The notes beneath the pieces were generated by a model. That model was not told the origin of the DNA. It did no database searches and saw only the letters and a list, made by a program, of their open reading frames with translations. Shown piece after piece: positions 41,729 through 54,099 of a stretch of DNA of 64,000 bases; the stretch's first letter is position 1; every line of letters begins with the position of its first letter. The stretch lies in assembly GCF_013122565.1 (NCBI RefSeq), contig NZ_CP053258.1. One strand, written 5' to 3'. This stretch comes from Escherichia coli. Its GTDB lineage: Bacteria > Pseudomonadota > Gammaproteobacteria > Enterobacterales > Enterobacteriaceae. The translations under genes and the position numbers were made by a program.

Positions 41729-44404
41729 TTACTTCAACATATTACGAATGACATAATGCAAAATGCCGTCGTTCTGGTAGTAGGTCAACTCCGTCGCGGT
41801 GTCGATACGACAACGGCAGAGTACGACTTCCTGGCTACCATCCGCGCGCGTAAGCGTCACCGGAACCGTCGCGCCGGGTTGTAGATTTTGCAGATCGCCA
41901 ATATCAATCTTCTCTTCCCCGGTTAGCCCTAACGTTTTACGCGTTACGCCTTGCGGAAATTCCAGCGGCAGGATGCCCATGCCAATTAAATTCGAACGGT
42001 GAATTCGTTCAAACGACTCGGCAATCACCACACGAATTCCAAGCAGACGAGGACCTTTTGCCGCCCAGTCACGGCTGGAGCCTGATCCATACTCTTTCCC
42101 GGCAATCACCGCCAGCGGCGTTTGCTCCTGCTTATAGCGCATCGCAGCATCATAAATAGAGACTACGTCGCTGTCAGGTAAATGCCGCGTCATCCCCCCT
42201 TCAACGCCAGGCACCATTTCATTACGGATGCGAATATTGGCGAAGGTGCCGCGCATCATCACTTCATGGTTACCACGCCGCGAACCGTAGGAGTTAAAGT
42301 CTTTTCGCTCAACACCCCGACCTTGTAGATATCGACCCGCTGGGCTGTCGGGCTTAATACTGCCCGCCGGAGAGATATGGTCAGTGGTGACTGAATCCCC
42401 CAGCATTGCGAGGATCCGCGCACCGTGAATATCTTCCACAGGTGCTGGTGTTGCCTGCATTTCATCAAAGAAAGGCGATAAGCGAATATAGGTTGAATCC
42501 TCCTGCCAACCGTAGGTATCGGATCGTGTGACGTTAATTTCCTTCCACTCTGCTGTGCCTTCAAAAACTTCTGCGTACTCTTTACGGAACATTTCTGTGG
42601 AGACTTGTTCTACCGCACGGGCAATTTCTTGTGCCGATGGCCAGATATCTTTCAGATAAACCGGGTCGCCTTTACGATCATGACCAATAGGCTCAGCAGC
42701 CAGGTTGATATTCATATTTCCCGCCAGCGCATAGGCAACCACCAGCGGCGGCGAGGCCAGCCAGTTGGTTTTAACCAGCGGATGGATACGGCCTTCAAAG
42801 TTACGGTTGCCGGACAGCACTGCACCGACGGTTAAATCGCCTTTTTTGATTGCCGTTTCGATAGGATCGGGCAGCGGCCCAGAGTTACCAATACAGGTGG
42901 TACAACCGTATCCCACAAGGTTAAACCCCAGTTCGTCGAGATACGGTGTCAATTTCGCTTTTGCCAGATAGTCAGAAACAACTTTCGAGCCTGGTGCCAG
43001 CGACGCTTTGACCCACGGTTGCCGCTTGAGGCCAAGAGTTACGGCTTTTTTCGCCAGCAAGCCTGCAGCCATCAGCACACTTGGGTTAGAGGTGTTGGTG
43101 CACGAGGTTATCGCAGCAATGACCACAGCGCCATCCGGTAACTGATACTGATGTCCGTTCATAACATAATCGACCGGCTGGCGATCTTTATGCGTGGCAT
43201 TCACTTCCAGTTCGTTACTGGCGGCAAATGCTTTTGGTACATCGGGCAGTGCAACGCGATCCTGTGGGCGTTTTGGCCCTGCCAGGCTCGCTTCAACGTC
43301 ATTCATATCCAGTTCTAACGTACTGGTAAAAATCGGTTCATCGCCCGGGTTACGCCACATGCCCTGCGCTTTGGCATATTTTTCGACCAACTCGACCTGA
43401 TCTTCGCTGCGCCCGCTTAAACGCATGTAATCGAGGGTTACAGCATCGATTGGGAAGAAGCCACAGGTGGCACCATATTCTGGCGACATATTGGCAATGG
43501 TGGCGCGATCCGCCAACGGTAGTGAATCCAGCCCATCACCATAAAATTCGACGAATTTCCCCACCACGCCATGTTTGCGCAGCATTTGGGTAACGGTGAG
43601 AACCAGGTCTGTGGCGGTAATACCTTCACGTAATTTTCCGGTAAGTTTAAAGCCCACTACGTCCGGGATAAGCATGGAAACCGGCTGGCCTAACATTGCG
43701 GCTTCTGCTTCGATCCCCCCCACGCCCCACCCCAGCACGCCAAGGCCGTTGATCATGGTGGTGTGCGAGTCAGTACCAACGAGTGTATCCGGATAAGCAA
43801 TCCATTCACCGTCCTGCAATTCGCTCCACACTGCTTTGCCGAGATATTCGAGGTTAACCTGATGGCAAATGCCTGTGCCTGGCGGCACGACGCTAAACCG
43901 ACTGAACGCCTGCTTTCCCCATTTCAGGAACACATAACGTTCGTGGTTGCGCTCCATTTCCAGGCGTACGTTTTCTTCAAATGCCTCATCATCACCAAAA
44001 CGATCGACGGTCACCGAGTGGTCAATGACCAGGTCGACCGGTGAGAGCGGATTAACCTTTGCAGTATCGCCACCGAGGCGTTTAACCGCTTCGCGCATTG
44101 CCGCCAGATCAACAACGGCAGGTACGCCGGTAAAGTCCTGCATCAGCACCCTTGCCGGGCGGTAGGCAATTTCACGGTCAGCATGGGCATTTTTCAGCCA
44201 TCCCGCCAGCGCGTGGATATCCTCTTCGGTAACCGAGTTACCATCCTGCCAGCGCAGCAGGTTTTCGAGCAAAACTTTGAGTGACTTGGGCAGACGGGTG
44301 ATATCGCCCAGTGATTTGGCAGCAAGCGGCAGGCTGTAGTAGTGGTAAGTTTTATCTTTGGCCTGCAACGTGTCCTTACTGGCTTCTCGTAGGGTTGACG
44401 ACAT
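41729..44404 (-). CDS. acnA: aconitate hydratase A
   Basis: 891-aa [28 protein letters not shown]. Confidence 0.97.
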   Translation of the reverse strand: MSSTLREASKDTLQAKDKTYHYYSLPLAAKSLGDITRLPKSLKVLLENLLRWQDGNSVTEEDIHALAGWLKNAHADREIAYRPARVLMQDFTGVPAVVDLAAMREAVKRLGGDTAKVNPLSPVDLVIDHSVTVDRFGDDEAFEENVRLEMERNHERYVFLKWGKQAFSRFSVVPPGTGICHQVNLEYLGKAVWSELQDGEWIAYPDTLVGTDSHTTMINGLGVLGWGVGGIEAEAAMLGQPVSMLIPDVVGFKLTGKLREGITATDLVLTVTQMLRKHGVVGKFVEFYGDGLDSLPLADRATIANMSPEYGATCGFFPIDAVTLDYMRLSGRSEDQVELVEKYAKAQGMWRNPGDEPIFTSTLELDMNDVEASLAGPKRPQDRVALPDVPKAFAASNELEVNATHKDRQPVDYVMNGHQYQLPDGAVVIAAITSCTNTSNPSVLMAAGLLAKKAVTLGLKRQPWVKASLAPGSKVVSDYLAKAKLTPYLDELGFNLVGYGCTTCIGNSGPLPDPIETAIKKGDLTVGAVLSGNRNFEGRIHPLVKTNWLASPPLVVAYALAGNMNINLAAEPIGHDRKGDPVYLKDIWPSAQEIARAVEQVSTEMFRKEYAEVFEGTAEWKEINVTRSDTYGWQEDSTYIRLSPFFDEMQATPAPVEDIHGARILAMLGDSVTTDHISPAGSIKPDSPAGRYLQGRGVERKDFNSYGSRRGNHEVMMRGTFANIRIRNEMVPGVEGGMTRHLPDSDVVSIYDAAMRYKQEQTPLAVIAGKEYGSGSSRDWAAKGPRLLGIRVVIAESFERIHRSNLIGMGILPLEFPQGVTRKTLGLTGEEKIDIGDLQNLQPGATVPVTLTRADGSQEVVLCRCRIDTATELTYYQNDGILHYVIRNMLK

Positions 44405-44776
44405 AGCTCCTCCTTAATGACAGGGTTGCGAAGCCCTGATTCTCTTCAGGGTGAGTATTAAAGATAACACAAACATCGCGTAACGATTTGATAACAACCC
44501 AAATTGATAAAAGAGGAGAAACCTTGTGGCAAAGCAAATGAAAACCCCGCCGCAGCGGGGTCAAGGATCAGTGAGTAATGATCCAGAGGAGTTCGGCCCA
44601 GAAGAGCATCGACAGAGAAAATGCACCCATCCAGGACCAATATTTCATATTTGTGTTGATCATAGGCTACACCTTTAACGGTTATTACTTTGTGTTGAGA
44701 TAACTCAACCTGTTATTGCTGTGGTGTATTAAAAGCCCTTTAATTCATTAAAAATGGGTAATAAGAATGATGATAA

Positions 44777-44944
44777 TTATTGTTTCGGCTGTTCATCTTC
44801 AGCAAACAGTTCTATAAAGGCTTGCTGCTGCGATGTTAGTTGCCAGTCGTCTGGAATAATGACGGAACATTCCCGTTTCGTTTCTGGTTCATTATCACTA
44901 TGCTGACATAATGGTGACGACTCCAGTTGCTCCTGACCGACCAT
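44777..44944 (-). CDS. yciX: small protein
   Basis: 55-aa ORF MVGQEQLESSPLCQHSDNEPETKRE; start abuts ymiA stop. Confidence 0.7.
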   Translation of the reverse strand: MVGQEQLESSPLCQHSDNEPETKRECSVIIPDDWQLTSQQQAFIELFAEDEQPKQ

Positions 44945-44946
44945 AG

Positions 44947-45075
44947 TTATCCCCACACTTTCCAAATCAGCAGTGCGACAACCACCCAGAAAAGTGCAGA
45001 ACCAAGAAAAACCGCCAGCCAGGCTTTACGTTTTAATTCAGGATCGCGGCGGGGTTCCTGATTTCCAGAAGGCAT
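44947..45075 (-). CDS. ymiA: small single-TM membrane protein
   Basis: My translation: MPSGNQEPRRDPELKRKAWLAVFLGSALFWVVVALLIWKVWG (42 aa); below the track size cut-off; coordinates hand-counted. Confidence 0.6.
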   Translation of the reverse strand: MPSGNQEPRRDPELKRKAWLAVFLGSALFWVVVALLIWKVWG

Positions 45076-45403
45076 TGCTAACCTCATATAATCGCCATCA
45101 CTTATCAGCAAGACGTTGAACGATTGGTGTAATTAATCATACGATGAGACAAATCCTAAAGAAACTTTAGTCAAAAATCCAGCGAATTTACGAATCGTAT
45201 CCAGTGAATAATTCAATCTTTTGACCTGAAATAGATATTTGAAAACTGGAGTTTGCGAGGCGGGTAATTAGACACTACTTTACAGGTAATTTACCCTATA
45301 AATATGAGGGATAAAATATTGTGCACGATATACAAATAAGTAACAAAGAAAATATATTTCGGCACCTTCGCTACATAAAAGGTGCCGAAAATAACGCAAG
45401 AAA

Positions 45404-46402
<999 letters not shown>

Positions 46403-46530
46403 TCAGAACATCGTTTTTTCGTCACACCTGGCGGGTGACTAATACGATTTAATAATAAAAAAGGTGCTAACTATAACCACTATATCATTTATAGCCTTAG
46501 TGTATAGGTGTGAAGAAAAAATAATATGCA

Positions 46531-46558
46531 ATAAAAAAGGGCCGCTTTCGCGACCCTT
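46531..46558 (-). terminator. rho-independent terminator of topA
   Basis: Minus strand: AGGGTCGC-GAAA-GCGGCCCT followed by TTTTTT. Confidence 0.75.
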
Positions 46559-46587
46559 TGTTTATAAAAACCTGACAAAATTAAAGG

Positions 46588-49185
46588 TTATTTTTTCCCT
46601 TCAACCCATTTGCCATCAACATAAAATGCTGACCAGCCAGTCGCCTTTCCGTCTTTTTCCGAAGAGACATATTGCTGTTTGGTTTTACGGCTAAAGCGAA
46701 CCATGGTCTTATTACCTTCCGGATCCTGCTGTGGCGCATCGGCCAGATAACGCAGTTTTTCCGGCAGACGGTCGCGGAAGCGATAAAGCTCTTCCACCAG
46801 TGGCGCACGTGTTTCACGCGATTTCGGGAAAGTGTTGGCAGCCAGGAACACACCGGCAGCACCGTCACGCAGCACGAAATAAGCATCTGATTTTTCGCAC
46901 GGCAGCTCCGGTAATGGCACCGGATCTTCTTTCGGTGGTGCCACTTCGCCGTTACGTAAAATCTTACGTGTGTTTTTACACTCTTCGTTGGTGCAGGCCA
47001 TGTATTTACCGAAACGCCCCATTTTCAGGTGCATTTCAGAGCCACATTTTTCACACTCAACGATCGGGCCGTCATAACCTTTAATGCGGAATTCGCCCTC
47101 TTCGATCTCGTAACCGTCGCAGGTTGGGTTATTACCACAGACATGCAACTTACGTTTCGGATCGATGAGATAGCTGTCCATCGCCGTGCCACATTTCGGG
47201 CAACGACGTTTTGCGCGCAGCGCGTTGGTTTCAGCGTCTTCGCCTTCCAGCACGTTCAGCACTTCGTTTTCCGGCACCAGGTTAATGGTGGTTTTGCAAC
47301 GCTCTTTCGGCGGCAGCGCATAACCAGAACAGCCAAGGAATACCCCAGTGCTCGCTGTGCGAATCCCCATTTTGCGACCACAAGTCGGGCAGTCAATGCT
47401 GGTCAGAACCATCTGGTTCGGGCGCATACCACCCTCTTCCGGATCTTTTTCAGCTTTATCTAACTGCTGGGTGAAATCCGAGAAGAAGTGATCCAGTACA
47501 GCTTTCCACTCTGCTTCGTGATTTGCCACCTGGTCAAGGCTGTTTTCCATCTGCGCGGTGAAGTCGTAGTTCATTAACTCGCGGAAATTTTCTTCAAGAC
47601 GATCGGTGACGATTTCGCCCATTTTTTCCGCATAGAAACGACGGTTTTCTACACGCACATAGCCACGATCCTGAATGGTCGAAATGATCGACGCATAGGT
47701 AGACGGACGACCGATACCGCGTTTTTCAAGCTCTTTAACCAGCGATGCTTCACTGAAACGGGCTGGCGGTTTGGTAAAGTGCTGGGCTGGTGTCAGTTCA
47801 ACGAGCGTCAGAGCATCGCCTTTATCGACTGCCGGTAAGATACGATCTTCATCGCCTTTACGCAGTGCAGGCATCACTTTTGTCCAGCCATCAAAGCGCA
47901 AAATACGACCGCGTGCTTTCAGGCGGAAATCGCCCGCACCAACGGTCAGCGTCGTGGAGTCATATTTCGCCGGGGTCATCTGGCAGGCAACGAACTGACG
48001 CCAGATTAACTGGTACAGTTTCTGCGCATCTGCTTCCATATCCTTCAACGATTCCGCCATCACATTGACGTCAGAAGGACGAATCGCTTCGTGCGCTTCC
48101 TGTGAGTTTTCTTTGCTGGCGTACTGATTCGGACTTTCCGGCAGATATTTCTTACCAAAATTATCGCTGATATAACCGCGAACCATATTTACCGCGTCCT
48201 GACTCAGGTTAGTAGAGTCGGTACGCATGTAAGTGATATAGCCTGCTTCATACAAACGCTGCGCCATCATCATGGTTTTTTTCACGCCAAATCCAAGACG
48301 GGTGCTGGCAGCTTGTTGCAGCGTAGAGGTAATAAAAGGAGCGCCAGGTTTACTGGTTGTCGGTTTGTCTTCACGTTCCAGCACGCTGTAGCGCGCTTTT
48401 TCCAGCAGACTTACCGCAGCCTGAGTTTGTTCTTTGTTGACCGGACGGAACGGTTTGTCGTTCTGATGAGTCACCTGTAACGCCAACGCTTCACCAGATG
48501 GCGTGGTCGTGCTGGCATCGACTTCCCAGAACTCTTCCGGCACGAACGCTTTAATTTCACGCTCACGCTCGACCACCAGGCGAACCGCCACCGACTGCAC
48601 ACGACCGGCAGACAGACCACGAGCGATCTTTTTCCATAGCAGCGGCGAAACCATATACCCCACCACGCGGTCCATAAAGCGACGCGCCTGCTGGGCATTA
48701 ACACGATCAATATTCAGCTCACCCGGTTTGTTAAATGCCTGGCGGATCGCGTTTTTAGTAATTTCGTTAAACACTACTCGGCTATAGCGCGCATCATCAC
48801 CACCAATCACTTCCCGCAGGTGCCATGCAATGGCTTCCCCTTCGCGGTCAAGGTCGGTTGCGAGATAGATGTGGTCGGCTTTTTCAGCCAGTTGTTTCAG
48901 TTCAGAGACGACCTTCTCTTTACCAGGCAACACTTCATAGTGCGCCTCCCAATTGTGCCACGGGTCAACCCCCATACGGTTGACGAGAGCGCCACGTTCA
49001 TCCTTTTTAGGCTTTTTAGCCGTCTTGGTGGAGGTAGAGTCGGCACTCTTTTTGGCAGCTGAGCCACTGGTCGGCAAATCGCGGATGTGACCGACGCTGG
49101 ATTTCACCACGTAGTCACTACCCAGATACTTGTTGATCGTTTTGGCTTTTGCCGGGGACTCAACGATGACAAGAGCTTTACCCAT
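46588..49185 (-). CDS. topA: DNA topoisomerase I
   Basis: Track ORF trimmed to [22 protein letters not shown] (865 aa); C-terminal zinc ribbons. Confidence 0.97.
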   Translation of the reverse strand: MGKALVIVESPAKAKTINKYLGSDYVVKSSVGHIRDLPTSGSAAKKSADSTSTKTAKKPKKDERGALVNRMGVDPWHNWEAHYEVLPGKEKVVSELKQLAEKADHIYLATDLDREGEAIAWHLREVIGGDDARYSRVVFNEITKNAIRQAFNKPGELNIDRVNAQQARRFMDRVVGYMVSPLLWKKIARGLSAGRVQSVAVRLVVEREREIKAFVPEEFWEVDASTTTPSGEALALQVTHQNDKPFRPVNKEQTQAAVSLLEKARYSVLEREDKPTTSKPGAPFITSTLQQAASTRLGFGVKKTMMMAQRLYEAGYITYMRTDSTNLSQDAVNMVRGYISDNFGKKYLPESPNQYASKENSQEAHEAIRPSDVNVMAESLKDMEADAQKLYQLIWRQFVACQMTPAKYDSTTLTVGAGDFRLKARGRILRFDGWTKVMPALRKGDEDRILPAVDKGDALTLVELTPAQHFTKPPARFSEASLVKELEKRGIGRPSTYASIISTIQDRGYVRVENRRFYAEKMGEIVTDRLEENFRELMNYDFTAQMENSLDQVANHEAEWKAVLDHFFSDFTQQLDKAEKDPEEGGMRPNQMVLTSIDCPTCGRKMGIRTASTGVFLGCSGYALPPKERCKTTINLVPENEVLNVLEGEDAETNALRAKRRCPKCGTAMDSYLIDPKRKLHVCGNNPTCDGYEIEEGEFRIKGYDGPIVECEKCGSEMHLKMGRFGKYMACTNEECKNTRKILRNGEVAPPKEDPVPLPELPCEKSDAYFVLRDGAAGVFLAANTFPKSRETRAPLVEELYRFRDRLPEKLRYLADAPQQDPEGNKTMVRFSRKTKQQYVSSEKDGKATGWSAFYVDGKWVEGKK

Positions 49186-49564
49186 ATTCACCTTACCTAA
49201 TTTGATTCTTCCAGGAATGCGTCGCACGTTGATAAACCTTCCACTGGCAACGAGTTACCGATATGGACTCGCTCTCTGCGGATATCAACCCCTTGTCGTG
49301 ACTCTGTTCACGAAAATTCAGGTGACTGAGTTAACAGGTCTTGGCCTACAGGCGCTATAGCACGACGGAATTTTGGTCGAATGTCAAGCAAATCTATTGC
49401 CAGATTGACGAAAGCGTCACACTGTACCTGATAAAATCCGATACGCAACTTTATTAGCATGCAAAATCCAAAGTTACCAGTAAGGCGCTCTTGCCAGCAG
49501 CGTGGTATATTTGTCTGCAAGCCATGCCTGGCGTAGACTAATGTCCTTGTTTAAGGAGTAAATA

Positions 49565-49816
49565 ATGAACAAAGAGACACAACCCATCGACCGCGAAACG
49601 CTGTTGAAAGAGGCCAACAAAATCATTCGTGAGCATGAGGATACGCTCGCAGGGATTGAAGCCACCGGCGTCACGCAGCGTAATGGCGTGCTGGTATTTA
49701 CCGGCGACTACTTTTTAGATGAACAAGGATTGCCAACAGCCAAAAGCACCGCGGTGTTTAATATGTTCAAACACCTGGCCCATGTGCTTTCAGAAAAATA
49801 TCATCTGGTTGATTAA
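49565..49816 (+). CDS. yciN: small protein of unknown function
   Basis: 83-aa [33 protein letters not shown]. Confidence 0.9.
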
Positions 49817-49820
49817 AGCA

Positions 49821-49851
49821 AAACGCGAGGTCTTAGCCTCGCGTTTGTCTT
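49821..49851. terminator. bidirectional terminator between yciN and sohB
   Basis: ACGCGAGG-tcttag-CCTCGCGT followed by TTGTCTTTT. Confidence 0.8.
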
Positions 49852-50901
49852 TTACATCAATGGCTTTTGACCCCGCTGCCACCAGCGTAGCAACAATCGA
49901 TCGGCGCTCTCTGCCGCGCTGCCGGTGAATCGGTCAATGAGTCGTTTACGCTGCATATAGCGTACATTGACCACTTCACGGCCTTCCATCAGGCTAAGAA
50001 TAACTTCATCACTGGTGTTGATTTCATCAACCAGGCCTTTCTCTACCGCCTGTTGTCCGTACCAGTGTTCACCCGTTGCCACCTGTTCAATATCCAGAGA
50101 AGGACGCATACGCTTCACAAAATCCTTAAATAACTGATGCGTTTCGTTCAACTCTTCGCGGAATTTCTCCCGCCCTTCTTCGGTATTTTCACCTAGCAAC
50201 GTCAGCGTGCGCTTATACTGCCCGGCAGTGTGCAGTTCAATATCAATATCTTTGCTTTTCAGGAAGCGGTTAAAGTTGGGCATTTGCGCCACCACGCCAA
50301 TGGAACCCACAATAGCAAACGGTGCGGAAACAATTTTGTCCGCCACACAGGCCATCATGTAACCGCCGCTGGCAGCAACTTTGTCTACCGTAACAGTTAA
50401 AGGAATGTTTTTATCACGCAGACGCTGCAGCTGCGAAGCCGCCAACCCGTAACCATGCACCATGCCACCAGGGCTTTCCAGACGGAGCACAACCTGATCC
50501 TGCGGTTTGAATGCTGCGAGTACCGCCGTTATCTCTTCACGTAGCGAGTTCACTTCATGGGCGTCCATGCTGCCTTTAAAATCCAGCACCCAGACGCGGG
50601 GTTTACTGTCAGTTGCCACCTCGCCCAGTTTGGCTTTCGCTTTTGCTGCTTTCGCTTCTTGCTTGTGCTTTTTCTTCTGCGCTTTGTGCCACTGTTTTTG
50701 CTGATGTGAGTCCATCAGCGCCGCGGCCAGTTCTTCTTTCATCTCCTTATACTGTTCGCTGAGATTGTTGACCCGTAACTCGCCACGCTGGCGTTTATTA
50801 CGTTGAGCAACATTGACAATAATGGCGGCAATCGCCGCAATCGCTAGCACAACGGTAACGATTTTCGCCAAAAACAAACCATATTCAGACAACAATTCCA
50901 C
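49852..50901 (-). CDS. sohB: S49-family inner-membrane peptidase
   Basis: 349-aa ORF; N-terminal TM; ClpP/S49 fold. Confidence 0.9.
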   Translation of the reverse strand: MELLSEYGLFLAKIVTVVLAIAAIAAIIVNVAQRNKRQRGELRVNNLSEQYKEMKEELAAALMDSHQQKQWHKAQKKKHKQEAKAAKAKAKLGEVATDSKPRVWVLDFKGSMDAHEVNSLREEITAVLAAFKPQDQVVLRLESPGGMVHGYGLAASQLQRLRDKNIPLTVTVDKVAASGGYMMACVADKIVSAPFAIVGSIGVVAQMPNFNRFLKSKDIDIELHTAGQYKRTLTLLGENTEEGREKFREELNETHQLFKDFVKRMRPSLDIEQVATGEHWYGQQAVEKGLVDEINTSDEVILSLMEGREVVNVRYMQRKRLIDRFTGSAAESADRLLLRWWQRGQKPLM

Positions 50902-51120
50902 GAGTCCCCACCTTGGTTAAACAACGCTTTGGCTCACAGTTTACAACAGGCATGTTAAGCCGTCTCGCAGAGATGTTATTGCAGCGAAAGTATGACAAAG
51001 TATCCATTTTGCGGTGTTATCGCCCCAGGCTGATTGAAATGCCCTTCTGTTTCAGGCATAAAGCCCCAAAGTCATAAAGTACACTGGCAGCGCGACAGAC
51101 AACGTCGTTGAGGAGTAGCC

Positions 51121-51879
51121 ATGCATTACCAGCCAAAACAAGATTTACTCAATGATCGCATTATCCTGGTGACGGGAGCCAGTGATGGTATTGGTCGTGA
51201 AGCCGCGATGACGTATGCACGCTATGGTGCGACAGTGATTCTGTTGGGCCGTAATGAAGAAAAATTACGTCAGGTAGCCAGCCACATAAACGAAGAAACT
51301 GGGCGTCAGCCACAGTGGTTTATTCTCGATTTGCTGACCTGCAGGTCCGAAGATTGCCAACAACTGGCACAGCGCATTGCCGTTAATTATCCGCGTCTGG
51401 ATGGTGTTTTGCATAATGCCGGATTGCTCGGCGATGTTTGTCCAATGAGCGAACAAAATCCACAGGTCTGGCAGGACGTCATACAGGTCAACGTTAATGC
51501 CACCTTTATGCTCACCCAGGCACTGCTTCCTTTATTACTCAAATCGGACGCCGGTTCACTGGTCTTTACTTCATCAAGCGTTGGACGTCAGGGACGAGCC
51601 AACTGGGGCGCATATGCAGCGTCGAAATTTGCCACCGAAGGGATGATGCAGGTACTGGCCGATGAATATCAGCAGCGCCTGCGCGTCAACTGCATTAACC
51701 CAGGCGGTACGCGCACCGCAATGCGGGCCAGCGCCTTCCCGACCGAAGATCCACACAAACTTAAAACCCCCGCTGATATCATGCCGCTATACCTCTGGCT
51801 GATGGGCGATGACAGCCGCCGTAAAACCGGCATGACCTTTGACGCCCAACCGGGCCGTAAACCAGGAATTTCCCAATGA
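51121..51879 (+). CDS. yciK: short-chain dehydrogenase/reductase
   Basis: 252-aa ORF with TGASDGIG and YxxxK. Confidence 0.9.
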   Translation: MHYQPKQDLLNDRIILVTGASDGIGREAAMTYARYGATVILLGRNEEKLRQVASHINEETGRQPQWFILDLLTCRSEDCQQLAQRIAVNYPRLDGVLHNAGLLGDVCPMSEQNPQVWQDVIQVNVNATFMLTQALLPLLLKSDAGSLVFTSSSVGRQGRANWGAYAASKFATEGMMQVLADEYQQRLRVNCINPGGTRTAMRASAFPTEDPHKLKTPADIMPLYLWLMGDDSRRKTGMTFDAQPGRKPGISQ

Positions 51880-52466
51880 GTGATGAACGCTACCAACAGC
51901 GTCAGCAGCGAGTGAAAGAAAAAGTAGATGCTCGTGTGGCCCAGGCCCAGGATGAACGCGGTATTATCATCGTCTTTACCGGCAATGGAAAAGGCAAAAC
52001 CACCGCGGCATTTGGTACGGCAACTCGTGCAGTAGGCCATGGCAAAAAAGTGGGTATCGTGCAGTTTATTAAAGGCACCTGGCCTAATGGCGAGCGCAAT
52101 CTACTGGAGCCACATGGCGTTGAGTTTCAGGTGATGGCAACGGGCTTTACCTGGGATACACAAAACCGCGAGTCTGATACCGCCGCCTGCCGCGAAGTCT
52201 GGCAACATGCAAAGCGGATGCTTGCTGATTCCTCACTGGATATGGTTTTGCTTGATGAGCTGACTTATATGGTGGCGTATGACTATTTGCCACTGGAAGA
52301 AGTGGTGCAGGCGTTAAATGAACGTCCACATCAACAGACGGTGATTATCACGGGTCGAGGCTGTCATCGGGATATTCTTGAACTGGCGGATACGGTGAGT
52401 GAATTGCGCCCCATCAAACATGCGTTTGATGCCGGTGTAAAAGCGCAGATAGGGATCGATTATTAA
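51876..52466 (+). CDS. btuR: cob(I)alamin adenosyltransferase
   Basis: 196-aa ORF; P-loop GNGKGKTTAAFG; overlaps yciK stop. Confidence 0.9.
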   Translation: MSDERYQQRQQRVKEKVDARVAQAQDERGIIIVFTGNGKGKTTAAFGTATRAVGHGKKVGIVQFIKGTWPNGERNLLEPHGVEFQVMATGFTWDTQNRESDTAACREVWQHAKRMLADSSLDMVLLDELTYMVAYDYLPLEEVVQALNERPHQQTVIITGRGCHRDILELADTVSELRPIKHAFDAGVKAQIGIDY

Positions 52467-52475
52467 TCTGTAAAA

Positions 52476-52505
52476 ATGCCGGATATGACGTCCGGCATAT
52501 TTTGA
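52476..52505. terminator. bidirectional terminator between btuR and rluB
   Basis: ATGCCGGA-tatgacg-TCCGGCAT followed by ATTTTG. Confidence 0.8.
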
Positions 52506-53378
52506 TTAACCGTTATTACGTCCGCCAGAACGACGACCGCCGCTCACCTGACTGTGACGTTTCACCGCACGACGAATCTGATTCGCCTTCATGCGACGAC
52601 GGTCTTTTTCTACAGCGACTTTAGAGCTGGTTTCTGGCGGTAGCTCCACCAGTTCGCGCAGATAGTTAGTCTGGGCGAGGTCCAGCTCCGTCCAGCCACC
52701 GCGTGGCAGACCTTTCGGCAGTGGGATATCACCGTAACGAACACGGATCAGGCGGCTGACCTGCACACCAACCGCTTCCCACAGACGACGAACTTCACGG
52801 TTACGGCCTTCGGTCAGAGTAACGTTGTACCACTGGTTGATCCCTTCGCCGCCGCTGAACTTGATGGTTTTAAAAGCTGCCGGCCCATCTTCCAGCTGCA
52901 CGCCACGACTCAAATCACGCAGTTTCGCGTCGTCAACCTGACCAAATACGCGCACGGCATATTCACGTTCAACTTCACGGCTTGGATGCATTAAACGGTT
53001 TGCCAGTTCACCGTCGGTAGTGAACAGCAACAGACCACAGGTGTTAACGTCCAGACGACCTACAGCAATCCAACGTGCGCCACGCAATTTTGGCAGACGG
53101 TCAAACACCGTTGGACGTCCTTCCGGATCGTTACGGGTACACAACTCACCTTCCGGTTTGTAATAGGCCAGAACGCGACAAATTTGTTCAGCGGACTCAC
53201 GTACCGAAATCAGATGACCATCGATACGAATTTTCAGCCCAGGAGTAACTTCAACGCGATCGCCGAGTTTAGCAATTTTGCCATCAACACTCACTCGACC
53301 GGCTTCAATAATAGATTCGATTTCACGGCGAGAACCGTGGCCGGCACGCGCCAGCACTTTCTGTAGCTTTTCGCTCAT
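52506..53378 (-). CDS. rluB: 23S rRNA pseudouridine-2605 synthase
   Basis: Track ORF trimmed to [21 protein letters not shown] (S4 domain; RLDxxTxGLL motif); Arg/Gly-rich tail. Confidence 0.9.
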   Translation of the reverse strand: MSEKLQKVLARAGHGSRREIESIIEAGRVSVDGKIAKLGDRVEVTPGLKIRIDGHLISVRESAEQICRVLAYYKPEGELCTRNDPEGRPTVFDRLPKLRGARWIAVGRLDVNTCGLLLFTTDGELANRLMHPSREVEREYAVRVFGQVDDAKLRDLSRGVQLEDGPAAFKTIKFSGGEGINQWYNVTLTEGRNREVRRLWEAVGVQVSRLIRVRYGDIPLPKGLPRGGWTELDLAQTNYLRELVELPPETSSKVAVEKDRRRMKANQIRRAVKRHSQVSGGRRSGGRNNG

Positions 53379-53478
53379 AGAGCTTCCTTTTGGTGTCGCC
53401 TTCACAGGCGTCGAACAGGAGAATCAATGGCGCCGTATAGCGCCATTTTAAGGCCGCGTAGTATACAGAGTTACGCAC

Positions 53479-54099
53479 TTATAAGAAAGGCTTCACATCA
53501 CCTACGCCTTCACGCAATACGACTGGCGTATCATCGGTAAGATCAATAACCGTTGTTGGTTTCTGCCCGAGATAGCCGCCGTGAATGATCAAATCTACCT
53601 GTTTTTCCAGACGGTCTTTAATTTCTTCCGGATCGGATTCGGTAAATTCGCTGCCTGGCAGCATTAGCGAAGTGGAAAGCATCGGTTCGCCCAGTGCTTC
53701 AAGCAAAGCCTGCGCAATCGGGTTAGAAGGCACACGCATACCGATGGTTTTGCGTTTTTCCTGCAACAGACGGCGTGGCACCTCCTTCGTCCCCTTCAGG
53801 ATGAAGGTATAGTTGCCCGGCGTGTTGTTTTTCATTAAACGAAACGCAACGTTATCGACAAATGAATAGGTCGAGAGTTCAGAAAGATCGCGACACATCA
53901 GGGTAAAGTTGTGACCGTCCGGCAGCTGGCGAATACGACAAATACGCTCCATGGCGTTTTTATCTTCAATTTTACAGCCGAGCGCATAGCCGGAATCAGT
54001 TGGATAAACAATCACCCCGCCTTTACGCACGATCTCCACCGCCTGGTTGATCAGACGTTGCTGCGGGTTATCAGGATGAATATAAAAAAACTGGCTCAT
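53479..54099 (-). CDS. yciO: YrdC/Sua5-family protein (TsaC paralogue)
   Basis: Track ORF trimmed to MSQFFYIHPDNPQQRL (206 aa). Confidence 0.9.
   Translation of the reverse strand: MSQFFYIHPDNPQQRLINQAVEIVRKGGVIVYPTDSGYALGCKIEDKNAMERICRIRQLPDGHNFTLMCRDLSELSTYSFVDNVAFRLMKNNTPGNYTFILKGTKEVPRRLLQEKRKTIGMRVPSNPIAQALLEALGEPMLSTSLMLPGSEFTESDPEEIKDRLEKQVDLIIHGGYLGQKPTTVIDLTDDTPVVLREGVGDVKPFL

Noticed and set aside
44458-44640. 60-aa minus-strand ORF and a 46-codon plus-strand ORF in the acnA upstream region
   Set aside because: No convincing SD; overlaps the terminator-like hairpin; more likely non-coding leader or promoter sequence.
47029-48787. Plus-strand ORFs of 90-145 aa
   Set aside because: Antisense within topA.
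53426-53447. Hairpin AATGGCGC-cgtata-GCGCCATT between rluB and yciO
   Set aside because: No U-tract on the strand on which both genes are transcribed; could be a minor UTR structure but I cannot support a terminator call.
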